64,000 nucleotides of DNA from a virus (Duplodnaviria; Caudoviricetes), in IMG/VR virus record IMGVR_UViG_3300021400_000239, positions 232 through 64,231 of that record, one strand, 5' to 3'. The position numbers and the translations under genes were made by a program. The notes under the pieces were generated by a model. That model made no database searches. It saw only the letters and a list, made by a program, of their open reading frames with translations, and had not been told where the DNA came from. Positions 1-10,359 of this stretch are shown piece after piece; position 1 is the stretch's first letter; each line of letters opens with the position of its first letter.

Positions 1-1861
1 CTTTAACATCTCCGCTAACAGCGATACGTGCCAGTTGAAGTTTTTTGGAGATTTGTTCTACCTCTTCTTTTTCTGTACCTGCAACTGGTGGAATTTGCGC
101 GCCCTCAAGCACTTGTAAATCAAGAGCCGCTTTGTCGATTTTTATATGAACTTCTTTATTTTCATTGGGAATCTATTGTTTCTCATTAATAAAAATCTAT
201 TCTATTTTATTTTCATGCTCTGTATGCGGATCTGGAATAATTGTTATAGTTTTATTTTCATCAGGAATTAATTCTTCATTATTATAAACAATTTTTTCAA
301 TTTTATTGACCTATGCTTCTGCTTCAATCGCAGTTAATTTTTCGCGTGAAGTATTATCAAATTCATTTATTGCTAAATTAACTGTATTAGCAATATTTTC
401 TACAGTGGTAGGACGAACTTCTTCTCCATTTAAAAGAATATGTTCAATTAAATTTCGCTAAGCATTTTCTTCAATTCCATCTAATTTATCAATTTGGTCT
501 TGAGTTAATGTTAAAAATGATAAATTAATAGATTTTGGTAAATTATCAATCGTGGAAGGTATTATTTCTCTTTCATTAAGAAAAATATGTTCAATTGTGT
601 TTTCTTGTGCATTTTCTTCCATAGCTGCTAGTTTCTATTTATCTTCAGTTGTATAGTCATTAGTGCTTAGTCCCTTACCTTCCTATACGCTAACCTTTTT
701 TTCTAATATTTCTTCTAAGTTAGCAATTTTAGTAATTGCAATATTAGCATCTTCTGCTATATCGGTATTTGTAATACTGCCTTTAACTACATAGCTACCT
801 TCATCGCCCAATAAACGCCATACAGAACCTGTCCATACAAATTCTTTAGCATCAAATAAAATAACATCGCCTGGGGCAGCCATTCGAAAATTATATCCTG
901 AAATTTGCGGATTTACACGGCTATTTTCAGTAATTGTAACATTTGCTTCTCCGATAAAATGCATTGCACCGGTTAAGCCAGCAGTTTGCTAAGAAATATA
1001 AGAAATAACTGCACCTGTAGTAGGAATATTATTTATTTCTTCTGTATTAATAGTTGAAGTAAGGCCAGTTTTCTATAAATGTCCTGATGAGCTACCAACT
1101 AAAATTTCATTAGCATTAACGTTACTAAAACCAGTACCGCCCTATTCTGTAGGTAAAATTCCGGTTGTGATATCACTTGCATCTATCGTGCTACGCTATA
1201 CAGTAATTTTCCCATTTTCCTATGAAACCTAAGTAACAAACTAATGTTCTATTGCAGTATCAGGTACATCGAGTCGACTTACTGCCGTACCAACTGCATC
1301 GGATACATATCCAATTATTGGAGTTTCAATATTACCAATATTAGTATATGCACCATTCGCCCAATTTTCTATATAATTTAATCTATTTAATATTTCGCTA
1401 AAATCAATTTCACTTGTAGTATTTACCCAATTAGTATTAGCTTCATCGTACTACTATAATATATATTTATTAGTATTATTATCATATATTATTCGATAAG
1501 CACTGCTAGCATTGCCTCCACCACTACCGCCACTATACTACTATATATAAGAAGCTAAATTAATAATTTCTTCTGCTTCATATGTCGGTTTAGTAGGGGA
1601 TTTTGCCCAATTATATACATCTGCTGCAATAGCTTGCACCCAAGGAAGCTGATAAAACTGTGATTCGCCGTCGCCAATTTTTATTCCAATCGCTGGCGGC
1701 GTATTTTCAGGAGTCGCATTTGATAAATTATTTATCGTATTATTGCGTGGAAAAGCGCAAATGGCGGCTTCACCTTGCATCAAAATAATTTCACTATTCA
1801 TCCACTAGCTATATGTCCCATACCGTAGCTAAATCTTCGTTTCCAAGACATTCTCCGCCAT
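1..1861 (-). CDS. Tail fibre/virion structural protein (runs off the left edge), TAG read as Gln
   Basis: ATG at 1861 after a GGAGGTG RBS. ORF pieces 1541-1801 and 683-964 are in this frame and end at TAG. N-terminus 'KI*LRYGT..W...GE...KIGDG...LPW' is a common phage fibre N-terminal motif; also 'GKGLSTNDYTTEDK*KL..EENAQEN'. Confidence 0.75.
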
Positions 1862-1875
1862 TGCCCTTCACCTCC

Positions 1876-2595
1876 TTAAGCTGTACCTCCGTATATTACC
1901 AACGTATCTCCCGTTGGCACATACAATTTTGTAGTTGAAACTTTATTCAATGTCATAAATCCATCTGGCTATACTGAAATATAATCATTATCGGTAGATG
2001 ATTTAACGCCGCCCAATCGCGCGTTCGTTGCTACCTCTAATATAAAGGCGCCACCAGTGCCATCACCGGTACTACCAACCATATCCCATTTGCCATTTAT
2101 TACCATATACTCTTCATAATGAGAGCCATCGGTTGAAAGCATCATGTAAAGAGTATTTGGGTCGGCATCTGCCGCATCAGGCAAAGTAGAAACAACCTCA
2201 CGATGTAAATGGCCTGCGGCCGCAATAGCATCATCAACATACTTTTTATTAGGCACATCGGTGTCATTAACTGGCTCCTTGGTTATTATTAACTAAGTAA
2301 TTGCCTGGCCCGCTGCGGCCTCTAGTGTATGAATTTTATTCATAAATTCATCACTAAAAGTATATTGTTTTGTATCGGCATCATACTTAAAGTATGATGC
2401 ATCAAATTTATTTAAATAGGGGAGGTGGGCCCAATCGCGCACCCCGTCACCTATTTTAAGCAATAAATGGTTAGCATCATTCTACTTTGTTTCTAAGCCA
2501 AATTCACCCTCGGCTAAGACAGGATTTCTATCTAACCAGTTAGTGTCGGTATCATGCCTAATCTATAGAGTTACTTTTACTGAATTAGTCGCCAT
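1876..2595 (-). CDS. Tail fibre-like protein with the same N-terminal motif, TAG=Gln
   Basis: MATNSVKVTL*IRHDTDTNWLDRNPVLAEGEFGLET...KIGDGVRDWAHLPY; in frame with ORF 1969-2256; ends TAA at 1876. Confidence 0.75.
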
Positions 2596-3068
2596 TAAGC
2601 CTCACCTCCATTCAAAATCGTCTCAGTAATCAACATAGCGTTGACTGGAATGTATTCTCCATCCCAATAATATAAGATTTTTTTGTCAAGGTCAAAATAT
2701 AACATATCTTGCGCGCCAATTTGAGGAAATTTTTCATATGTGTCAAATACAATTTCTTGTTTATTATTTTCAAGATATGAACCAAAGTATTTGTAAAATT
2801 CTTCGCGGTCGCCTTTGTAGCCACTTTTTCGCGCGAAAGAAAAGAGCCAATCGCCCATCATTGCCAAATACTCCATTTCCCAAGGATAAATAGCGCTTAT
2901 TACATCTGGATTAATAAATGGCGGTGGATCCATTTCTCCACTTGTATTATCATCGCCCCAAGAATACACCATAGCTAATCCTCCGGCGCGAGGACGCTTT
3001 GGCACGAAAGTACCTTCGTATTCTAATAGGAGGTCTCTCGTTCTATGTCTAGTATCTATATATCTCAT
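2595..3068 (-). CDS. Hypothetical virion-associated protein, related to 16422-16919
   Basis: 157-aa ORF; shares 'IYPW(E/D)...WL..A.K.G(Y/F).G..E.F' with 16422-16919. Confidence 0.65.
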   Translation of the reverse strand: MRYIDTRHRTRDLLLEYEGTFVPKRPRAGGLAMVYSWGDDNTSGEMDPPPFINPDVISAIYPWEMEYLAMMGDWLFSFARKSGYKGDREEFYKYFGSYLENNKQEIVFDTYEKFPQIGAQDMLYFDLDKKILYYWDGEYIPVNAMLITETILNGGEA

Positions 3069-3421
3069 GGCGCTAGACTAATTTCGCATATCGGGAGACG
3101 GAATGCGGAATAGTAAGAATTGATAACTGTGCCGCTAACAATGTTCCCTTCTTCATCGCGGCTAGGCTCATGATAAATCCTTACATCCCATTCATACCTA
3201 TCACTTGGCTCAATCGCGGCGGTATCGTCGTGATTGAAGATGAAGGTAATGCTTTCCGATATGACATTCGTTTCCTTTCGTAGTAGTACTTCCCGCTTAA
3301 GTGGATCGTAAATAGAGAAAACCGCGACATCCCCTCTTTCTGACCCCGGAAGTAAGGGTAGCGTGAAAGTACCCGTATCGCCGCGTGGTATAATAAGGCG
3401 CCGCTAGATTACTCTAATCAT
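3065..3421 (-). CDS. Hypothetical structural protein (RGDT-type N-terminus), TAG=Gln
   Basis: MIRVI*RRLIIPRGDTGTFTLP...; ATGA overlap with the next gene; missed by the ORF track because codon 6 is TAG. Confidence 0.65.
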
Positions 3422-3429
3422 ATTATACC

Positions 3430-4248
3430 TTATTCATCATAATGATAATAGCGAGGATTATGTTTTCCATATTCATAATCTTCGTCATCATCATAATTAT
3501 AGTTTGCATAATTACCAGCACCACGGCGACGATACTGATAATCACTATTATTTAATTCGCGGATTTTTTTAGCATATTTGGACTTTAATTTATCTTGCTG
3601 CTGGAGAATGTAGTTCATATCATAGCCACTATTTTCAAGCGCCATAACCTTTTCTTCAGCATGCTCAATTTCTTTTTCAACATGGTCAATTAGATAATCA
3701 AGTTTGCGCGCGGCTTCGCGTTCATTGGCTTGCTCTAGCCGCTGAGCCATGTCTAATAAATATTGTTTAGTATCTTTCTCATAGTCAATCCATTTCTTGA
3801 AGCCATCATGTACTGCGGTGCGCTTAGTATTGGCATCAACTTCATAACGAGTATGAGAATACCAGTTCTGAGGAATTACATTGGTATAGTTCATATTGTT
3901 ATAGGAAAAATTGCTATTATTATTGTTATTATTATTAGACATATTCTTTTGATTATTGTTATTATTATTCATGTTGTTATTCATACCAGTAGTAAAAGCC
4001 ATCATATTAGGAGATACTAACTGGTTATATTCGCGCATATACATATCCTTCGCCTTGCGGTAGGTTAGTAATTCACAAAGCATTTGATACTCATGGCATT
4101 TTTGATAGCCGGGTAAATTAAGAAATCCATAATAGTCTGCTAACTGTTCGTGCATCTCTACGCCTTGTTTCATTCTATTAATTAGCTCGGAGTAGAGTTG
4201 CTGTACTTCTTGATTTGCTTGTGCCATAGTACATTCCCTCCTTAGCAA
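3430..4248 (-). CDS. Helical, possibly ferritin-like protein with an Asn-rich insert
   Basis: E/H-rich helices (GVEMHEQLADYY...CHEYQMLCE; DHVEKEIEHAE) and a poly-Asn tract; likely true start MAQAN at about 4227. Confidence 0.55.
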   Translation of the reverse strand: MLRRECTMAQANQEVQQLYSELINRMKQGVEMHEQLADYYGFLNLPGYQKCHEYQMLCELLTYRKAKDMYMREYNQLVSPNMMAFTTGMNNNMNNNNNNQKNMSNNNNNNNSNFSYNNMNYTNVIPQNWYSHTRYEVDANTKRTAVHDGFKKWIDYEKDTKQYLLDMAQRLEQANEREAARKLDYLIDHVEKEIEHAEEKVMALENSGYDMNYILQQQDKLKSKYAKKIRELNNSDYQYRRRGAGNYANYNYDDDEDYEYGKHNPRYYHYDE

Positions 4249-4655
4249 AGCTTAGAAACTATTACATTATAATGAGCGTCCGTTGCGCCAACTTCGCTTG
4301 GATTAACAATGGTAACGGCGGTTGGAGCAGAGACGCAATTACAAGGACAGTCATTTTGCGCTACTGTTACCAAGCATTTGGTAGAAACGGAACCATATTC
4401 GCCTACTGCGGCGGTATCTTCATTAATAGCGTCAAGGCGAGGAACGCCATTGACGGCAATTTGAACGCCAAAGGTTCCTGCGGCATCAGGGATGCCATAA
4501 GCATCTACTTGGACTAGATATACGCCGCGTTTCATTAAATCAACTGTTGCGGGCGCAGTATGAGTAGCGGAATTACCCTTAAAATAACTTACATTATTAA
4601 GTGGAATAGTTGCGCCAGCGGCAACTGTAAGACCATCGCTATATAATTGTATCAT
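4242..4655 (-). CDS. Beta-rich hypothetical protein (BclA C-terminal/C1q-like appearance)
   Basis: 137-aa ORF, 'GVYLVQVD...QIAVNG' pattern, RBS GGGAGG. Confidence 0.5.
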   Translation of the reverse strand: MIQLYSDGLTVAAGATIPLNNVSYFKGNSATHTAPATVDLMKRGVYLVQVDAYGIPDAAGTFGVQIAVNGVPRLDAINEDTAAVGEYGSVSTKCLVTVAQNDCPCNCVSAPTAVTIVNPSEVGATDAHYNVIVSKLC

Positions 4656-4755
4656 TATTATTCCTCCCGTAAATAAAAAAATTGGGCACTCATAACATGA
4701 GTGCCCGCCCTAAACTATTTAAAAAACAGATACACTCAATGTACTCATGCGTTTT

Positions 4756-5469
4756 TTACATATTCATGCAGTTGCAGTTACCGTTACAAAAAGGACTATT
4801 ACCTGCATTATAGGTCCAACCATTCGGATAACGAACAACTCCATTTAGAGCGTTCTGTAGCTGTAGTTGGTTGATTTGGTTCTGCATATCAGCCATACGA
4901 TTGCCAGTGATAGCATCAATAATCTTCTGTACGCCAGCATTGGTGGTCTGGTTAATAGAAGCGGTATTCATTGCGTTCTCATAACGAGCCTGCGCGATAC
5001 CAGCATTTACGCCATTGAAGCCATCCATTAGTGCCATCTTTGTTGAGCAGCAGCAATCATTCTGATTGGCTAGAAGTGTCATTTGATTAGTGCGCACATC
5101 GCCAATTTGAGCTGTGAGAGCGGCTTGGATATCTTTCTCAACATTGATATTGTCATACTTAGCCTGATTGGTAGCTGCTACAGCCTGAGCTGCGCCAGAG
5201 GTAATGGCTGCCATCAAATCACGGTTCTGAGACTGGAGGTCATTGAAGTTAAAGCCGTTCTGAACGAAGTCTTGGGTAGCATACTGTGGTTGATAGCCTC
5301 CGCGATTGCCGCCAAAGCCGCCGCCCCAGCCGCCATTAAACATAGCAATGATTGCGAAAAGCCAGATTAGACCGCCCCAACCATTTCCATCGCCAAATCC
5401 GCCATTATTATTGCCGCTAAGTAGAGCAACATCAGAAGCAGTTAATCCATTTTCACCCATACTAATCAA
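4756..5469 (-). CDS. Gly/Asn-rich protein with one TM segment, CCC motif and coiled coil
   Basis: 237-aa ORF; GWGGLIWLFAIIAMF segment, DCCC; hairpin GGGCACTCAT/ATGAGTGCCC downstream at about 4684-4706. Confidence 0.7.
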   Translation of the reverse strand: MISMGENGLTASDVALLSGNNNGGFGDGNGWGGLIWLFAIIAMFNGGWGGGFGGNRGGYQPQYATQDFVQNGFNFNDLQSQNRDLMAAITSGAAQAVAATNQAKYDNINVEKDIQAALTAQIGDVRTNQMTLLANQNDCCCSTKMALMDGFNGVNAGIAQARYENAMNTASINQTTNAGVQKIIDAITGNRMADMQNQINQLQLQNALNGVVRYPNGWTYNAGNSPFCNGNCNCMNM

Positions 5470-5608
5470 CCTCTTTATATTTTATTATTTAGGGAAGCGA
5501 CAAGACTTCTCTTATCAATGGAAATGTAAGAGTATTAAAAAATAATTTAGGTAGTTGTTCTCACAAGTGTAAAAAAAATAAGTGCGAATTTTCATTCGCA
5601 CTTTAGAA

Positions 5609-5890
5609 TTAGAAGGTGATTGTTAGGTTAATATCAATATGATTATCGGCGAGATATTCATTGATAGAGGTTACCTTTGCGGAAATGTTTTGTAGGTTGT
5701 AGATTACTTCGTCTTCATGTAGAATTTGAAGAGAAGTGATGGGGTTGAGTCCAAGTTCCTGTAGCCCAGTAACATTATCAGTTAGAACCTGGCAATTACA
5801 AGAACCAGTCATACCATTTTCATCAAAATTGGTATACTTGTTAAAGGAAATAACTTGGCACTGTAAATCGTTAAATTTAATGTAATTCAT
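5609..5890 (-). CDS. Hypothetical protein
   Basis: 93-aa ORF with GGAGG RBS, followed by a hairpin at about 5580-5603. Confidence 0.6.
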   Translation of the reverse strand: MNYIKFNDLQCQVISFNKYTNFDENGMTGSCNCQVLTDNVTGLQELGLNPITSLQILHEDEVIYNLQNISAKVTSINEYLADNHIDINLTITF

Positions 5891-5894
5891 AATA

Positions 5895-6155
5895 TTAGCC
5901 TCCTAATTGACGAATAAGATCGTTTAAATCAATGCCGCGTTCCCGCGCCATTTGTTCTGCTATGGTTTGTAAATTACCTTGCTATACGGCTTTAAGCAAA
6001 GCTGGATTTTGCCCCAAATAACGCATGATATAGTCCTATGGATTGGGGCTTTGCCGCATAGCCTCCATCATGCCGCGTACCTGCTGAATTGAATTACTCA
6101 GCTGTGGCGGCACCTGCGGTGTTCCGTTTCGCATTTGACTTATTAGATTTGGCAT
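5895..6155 (-). CDS. Gln/Met-rich hypothetical protein, TAG=Gln
   Basis: MPNLISQMRNG...SPNP*DYIM...KAV*QGNLQTIAEQMARERGIDL; RBS GGAGG; TAA at 5895. Confidence 0.65.
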
Positions 6156-6486
6156 TTATCCATTCCTCCACTGCGGCAAGACGAGCCGCTAAATCATTAG
6201 TATCTACTGGGGCAGGTTCTTGATGTAATTTAATATCAAATCCCTACACCAAATGATTACCCATGTTATCAGTTCTAATCCACCAAATCACATCTTGGTC
6301 GGCATCTGGCAAGTAAATTTCACTATTTGGCGCCATTGGGAACTGCATGGCGGCATCATGACCGTGAATTGGCGGCGCACTATAAACAGGAAGACGCTAT
6401 TGCTGTTGCGGCATTTGCCAAGACTAGTTTATATATGGAGAGAAATTTGCTCCTCCCATTTGATACTGCGGTTGCTAATTCCACAT
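6094..6486 (-). CDS. Gln/Pro-rich hypothetical protein, TAG=Gln
   Basis: MWN*QPQYQMGG...MAPNSEIYLPDADQDVIWWIRTD; 4 in-frame TAGs in a Q-rich context. Confidence 0.65.
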
Positions 6487-6513
6487 ATTTTGATTTAATA
6501 AGTTGCTCATTTA

Positions 6514-6777
6514 TTAGTCCTCCAAAGTATCTAAAATTTGTAGAACTTCTTTCAATTTAGTCTTTAACGAAGCAAGTTTGGTATTGCCCTGAATTAAGAA
6601 TTTAGACATCATATAGCCGGTTTCGCTATGATATTCTATTTGGCTCCATTTTCCGTTATCATTAAGGACTGTAACTTTCTCGCCCTGTGGAATTTCGGCA
6701 ATAATTGGACTAGTTGTACTCGGGGTCATACGAAACCGAACCGGTAAGTTGTTGTCAGCATATACTGTTGCTTTCAT
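6514..6777 (-). CDS. SH3b (cell-wall binding) domain protein
   Basis: VRFRMTPSTTSPIIAEIPQGEKVTVL...WSQIEY..ETGYMMSKFL; matches the C-terminus of the endolysin at 16941. Confidence 0.8.
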   Translation of the reverse strand: MKATVYADNNLPVRFRMTPSTTSPIIAEIPQGEKVTVLNDNGKWSQIEYHSETGYMMSKFLIQGNTKLASLKTKLKEVLQILDTLED

Positions 6778-7085
6778 TCTTTAACCTCAATTTTAAGTTC
6801 TTTTACCTGCGCTTCAATTGCGGCATCAATAGCTGCTTCGTCAAAGGTTAGATTGAATTTTGATAAGAGTTTCTTGGCATACTCAAGCGCGAATGCCTTT
6901 TTGTCCTTACCCATTTTCGGGCCAAGGATTTGTTCTGCGGCGTAGACTGCGATGTTAACTACCTGTTTTAAAGTTGCTATCTAATCCACGCTCATTTTAG
7001 TACGAAGGAAAGGAATAGCAAATCGCGCGATTACGCCAAAGATAATTAAAATTACACCTATAATAATATAAGTAATGTCTGTCAT
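6774..7085 (-). CDS. Phage holin, LL-H family, with one in-frame TAG
   Basis: N-terminal TM helix then 'AVYAAEQILG..MGKDKK.FA...IDAAIEAQV'; TAG at 6981-6983. Confidence 0.8.
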
Positions 7086-7271
7086 AATTATAACCTCTTT
7101 TTAAGTTATTAAACAATACGGTATAGGTTTATATAAAAACCTGCTTCTTGCCTCAGACATTTTTATATAAACACTATATCGTATTGATTATAGATAAAGA
7201 AGCTCCGCTGGGATATGAACAAGATAAAATAACTTATTGGTGTGGTTATCCGTGAGCTTCTTTACTACGAA

Positions 7272-7541
7272 TTAGTTATCCTCAGGCTCAATAGCAACTG
7301 GATGCTCGTAGCATTGGCTCATAATCATTCTGCCATCAGATAGGAGCAGAGTTGCTGAATGCTGAGGAAGCTTGGAAACTGCGGCAGCGGCGAGTACTTC
7401 ATGGTACTTGGCTTCTGCCTTGAGACGAGCCCATTCAGGGTCATCGTCGTATGCGAAATGGACAATATGACCGTATTCGCCGTTATCGTATTTCTGTATT
7501 TCAAAAATATAATATTGGGTAAATTGTTCCATAGTAGTCAC
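7272..7541 (-). CDS. Hypothetical protein downstream of the fibre gene
   Basis: 89-aa ORF with AGGAG RBS. Confidence 0.6.
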   Translation of the reverse strand: MTTMEQFTQYYIFEIQKYDNGEYGHIVHFAYDDDPEWARLKAEAKYHEVLAAAAVSKLPQHSATLLLSDGRMIMSQCYEHPVAIEPEDN

Positions 7542-7554
7542 TCCTTAATTAATA

Positions 7555-10269
7555 TTACACAGGTTCTATAAAAGTGGGATAAGCACCTTCAGAAGTGCTA
7601 GTATATGTTTCACTATCATCATTAAATAACCTAAAAGTAAAGTATATTGTAGATCCGTCTTCCACCCCAGTTAACTGACCTTTAATTATGTTATTTTTTT
7701 TGATTAAAATATATTTTCCGTCATAATATGCGTCTAATATTGCTTCTGCTTTATGACTTGTAATCGATGTACCATTAGATGAGACAACAAATGTGTCACT
7801 TGCCCCGATCATCGCAATCAACTGCTTTAATTGCGCTGCTGTTACAGTTGTTTGATTAGTTGTACCAAGACCAAGTGTTAAGCTACCTGCGAGCTGCTCA
7901 TTGCCGGACCAGTCAAGGGTGCGACCATTTTTACGAGAGCTTTCTGTTGTACCGATGCCAACAATTTCGGCATAAGTATTGGTGAGGTCTTCGACGTTGT
8001 ATTGGCCGGAGGCATGTTGATATCGACCAGAGGCTATTGAAAAATTTCCTTCTGCATGTGCAGCTTCCCCTTTTGCAATAGTAGACCGACCTTCTGCGTG
8101 AGAATACGTGCCATTTGCATTTGTCCCTAAACCTTCTGCATGTGATCCTTGAGCGCTTGCTTTTGTGGTATAGCCTTCTGCATGGGAGCTGTCTGCACTA
8201 GAGACTGTGCCATAACCCTCTGCATGACTAGTGGCACCTTTTGCAACAGTACTGGCCCCTTCTGAATGAGCGGCTTCACCAACAGTATGCGTACCCCTTC
8301 CTTCGGCGTGAGAATATACACCGTAAGCAAGAGTATTGTTAAATACCTTACAATTTGCGCTATCTAAAGTTCCCAAGGAAGTTGAAACAGTAATAGTTCT
8401 ATTAGTAACATCAATTGCCGTTATTACTGCTTGAACACTATCATCATTTTCTAATGCAATTTTATGTCCAACAAGGTAGTAATCTAGAAAATTGGAACTA
8501 CTACTGGCGGTGTAAGTGGTTCCACTTCCAGTGAATACATATGGGCTTGAGCCCACTGGATAACCACCTTCTGCATGTGTGTATTGACCGTAAGCTATCG
8601 CATACAGGCCTTCAGCGTGGGCATAATTACCACGTGCGTCACTATTGGAACCTTCTGCATGAGAATAATAACCATAAGTTTGTGTTTCGTATCCTTCAGC
8701 ATGAGAAGCACTACCATAAGTTTGTGTTTCGTATCCTTCAGCATGAGAACTAGATCCTTTAGTTTTTGTCTGGACTCCTTCTGCATGTGAGTTTTGTTCA
8801 AACGCTATAGTACGATAACCTTCTGCATGAGAATAATATGCAAGAGTAGTACAATATGTTCCTTCTGCATGAGAAGCGTTACCATATGCAGAAGTATAGT
8901 TGCCCTCTGCATGTGCATATTTGCCACAAGCATTAGTTGATGTCCATATTGTGCAAGATGCAGAATTTAACTCACCTAATGTTGAGCTGACATATACAAT
9001 ATTATTATCTAGATTAATAGAGCTTATAGTAGTAGAAATATTATTGTATTCGATTATTTGACCGACTATCCAGGCATCTAGTGTTGAATTAGCTGTATAT
9101 GTTGTATCAGAACCAGTTAAATTAATTTGTTTTTGCTCATACTTTTGAGATCCACCTTCTGCGTGAGAATAATGACCAATAGTAGATGTATAAGAACCTT
9201 CTGCATGTGAGCACATTCCTACAGTTCGAGTTATATATCCTTCTGCATGAGAATAATTTCCTTGTGTAATGGTTTGTTGTCCTTCAGAATGAGAAGAAGT
9301 ACCATGTGTATTCACACCGGCTCCTTCAGTATGCGAGTAACCTCCATAAGCGCACCCAGCATTGCAAGTTGCTGTTTTAGCTGATAAATCTCCAATTGTT
9401 TTATCAACTGTAATAGTTTTGTTAGTATAGTTAATTGCAGTAATTCTAGCTTGCTTATTAGCATAAGTAATCAATGAATGCAAATAATAAGGTTTAATAG
9501 TATTAGATGTACTTAAAGTATATGTTGTATCAGAACCAGTTAAAGTAACACTTTCTGTGAAGTTGGTGCCTTCTGCATGAGAACTAGTGCCAAAGGCTTC
9601 TATGCTATCTCCTTCTACATGAGAACCTGTTCCAGAAGCAATTGTATTATTACCTTCTGAATGAGAACCTATACCCTTTGCAACAGTATTACAACCTTCA
9701 GCATGAGCGTAATTACCAATCGCTGTATTGCCTCGTATTATTACATTAGCAGATGTTAAAGATCCAATAGATGGTGTCGTTGTTATTGTATTGCCATCAA
9801 TAGCCGATATATAACCTACGCCACTTGTTGACCAAATTGGACTATATAAATATTTCATATCGACTGTAGATGCAGCTGTATATGTACCATTAGAACCACT
9901 AAATTTTATGTTGACACCGGTTGTTCCACCTTCAACATGTGTAGCCATACCATACGCATACGAAGCTACACCTTCAGCGTGAGAGCTTTCTCCTCTAGCT
10001 ATTGCGTAGTCACTTCCTTCGGCAATAGCCTGTTTTCCAACTGCTGAACGATATGTAGTAGTTGATCCAAGCACCGCCGACGCCGTCCCCGTTCCCGCAA
10101 CATACGGCGTACTTACATTTATCGTATTCCAAGTGCCATCTCCTCGCAAATACTTTGTCGAATCATTCGGCACATCCGGGTATCTATTATCTGTTAAATA
10201 ATGTAATGTTGTATTACTGCCATCCTATATGGCAATATGATCATATCTACTTCCTGTGGTTGTAGCCAT
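7555..10269 (-). CDS. Tail fibre/receptor-binding adhesin with 14-aa (S/A/T)HAEG beta-roll repeats (YadA-head-like)
   Basis: Dozens of 'SHAEG' repeats; extends upstream through one TAG to ATG 10269 with an AGGTGG RBS. Confidence 0.85.
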
Positions 10270-10325
10270 AGGTTAACCACCACCTATTCTAAAAATTTTC
10301 ATAATATTTCCATCCTTATATTTTA

Positions 10326-10355
10326 ATTATACCATACTTGTAAATGGTTTGTCAA
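10326..10355 (-). promoter_or_regulatory. sigmaA-type promoter inside the late operon, upstream of the adhesin gene
   Basis: TTGACA-18 nt-TATAAT with TG at the extended -10 position. Confidence 0.6.
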
Positions 10356-10359
10356 ATGT

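Noticed and set aside
7555-10269. Diversity-generating retroelement target
   Set aside because: No reverse transcriptase and no template/variable repeat pair seen; the repeats are in-frame 14-aa structural units.
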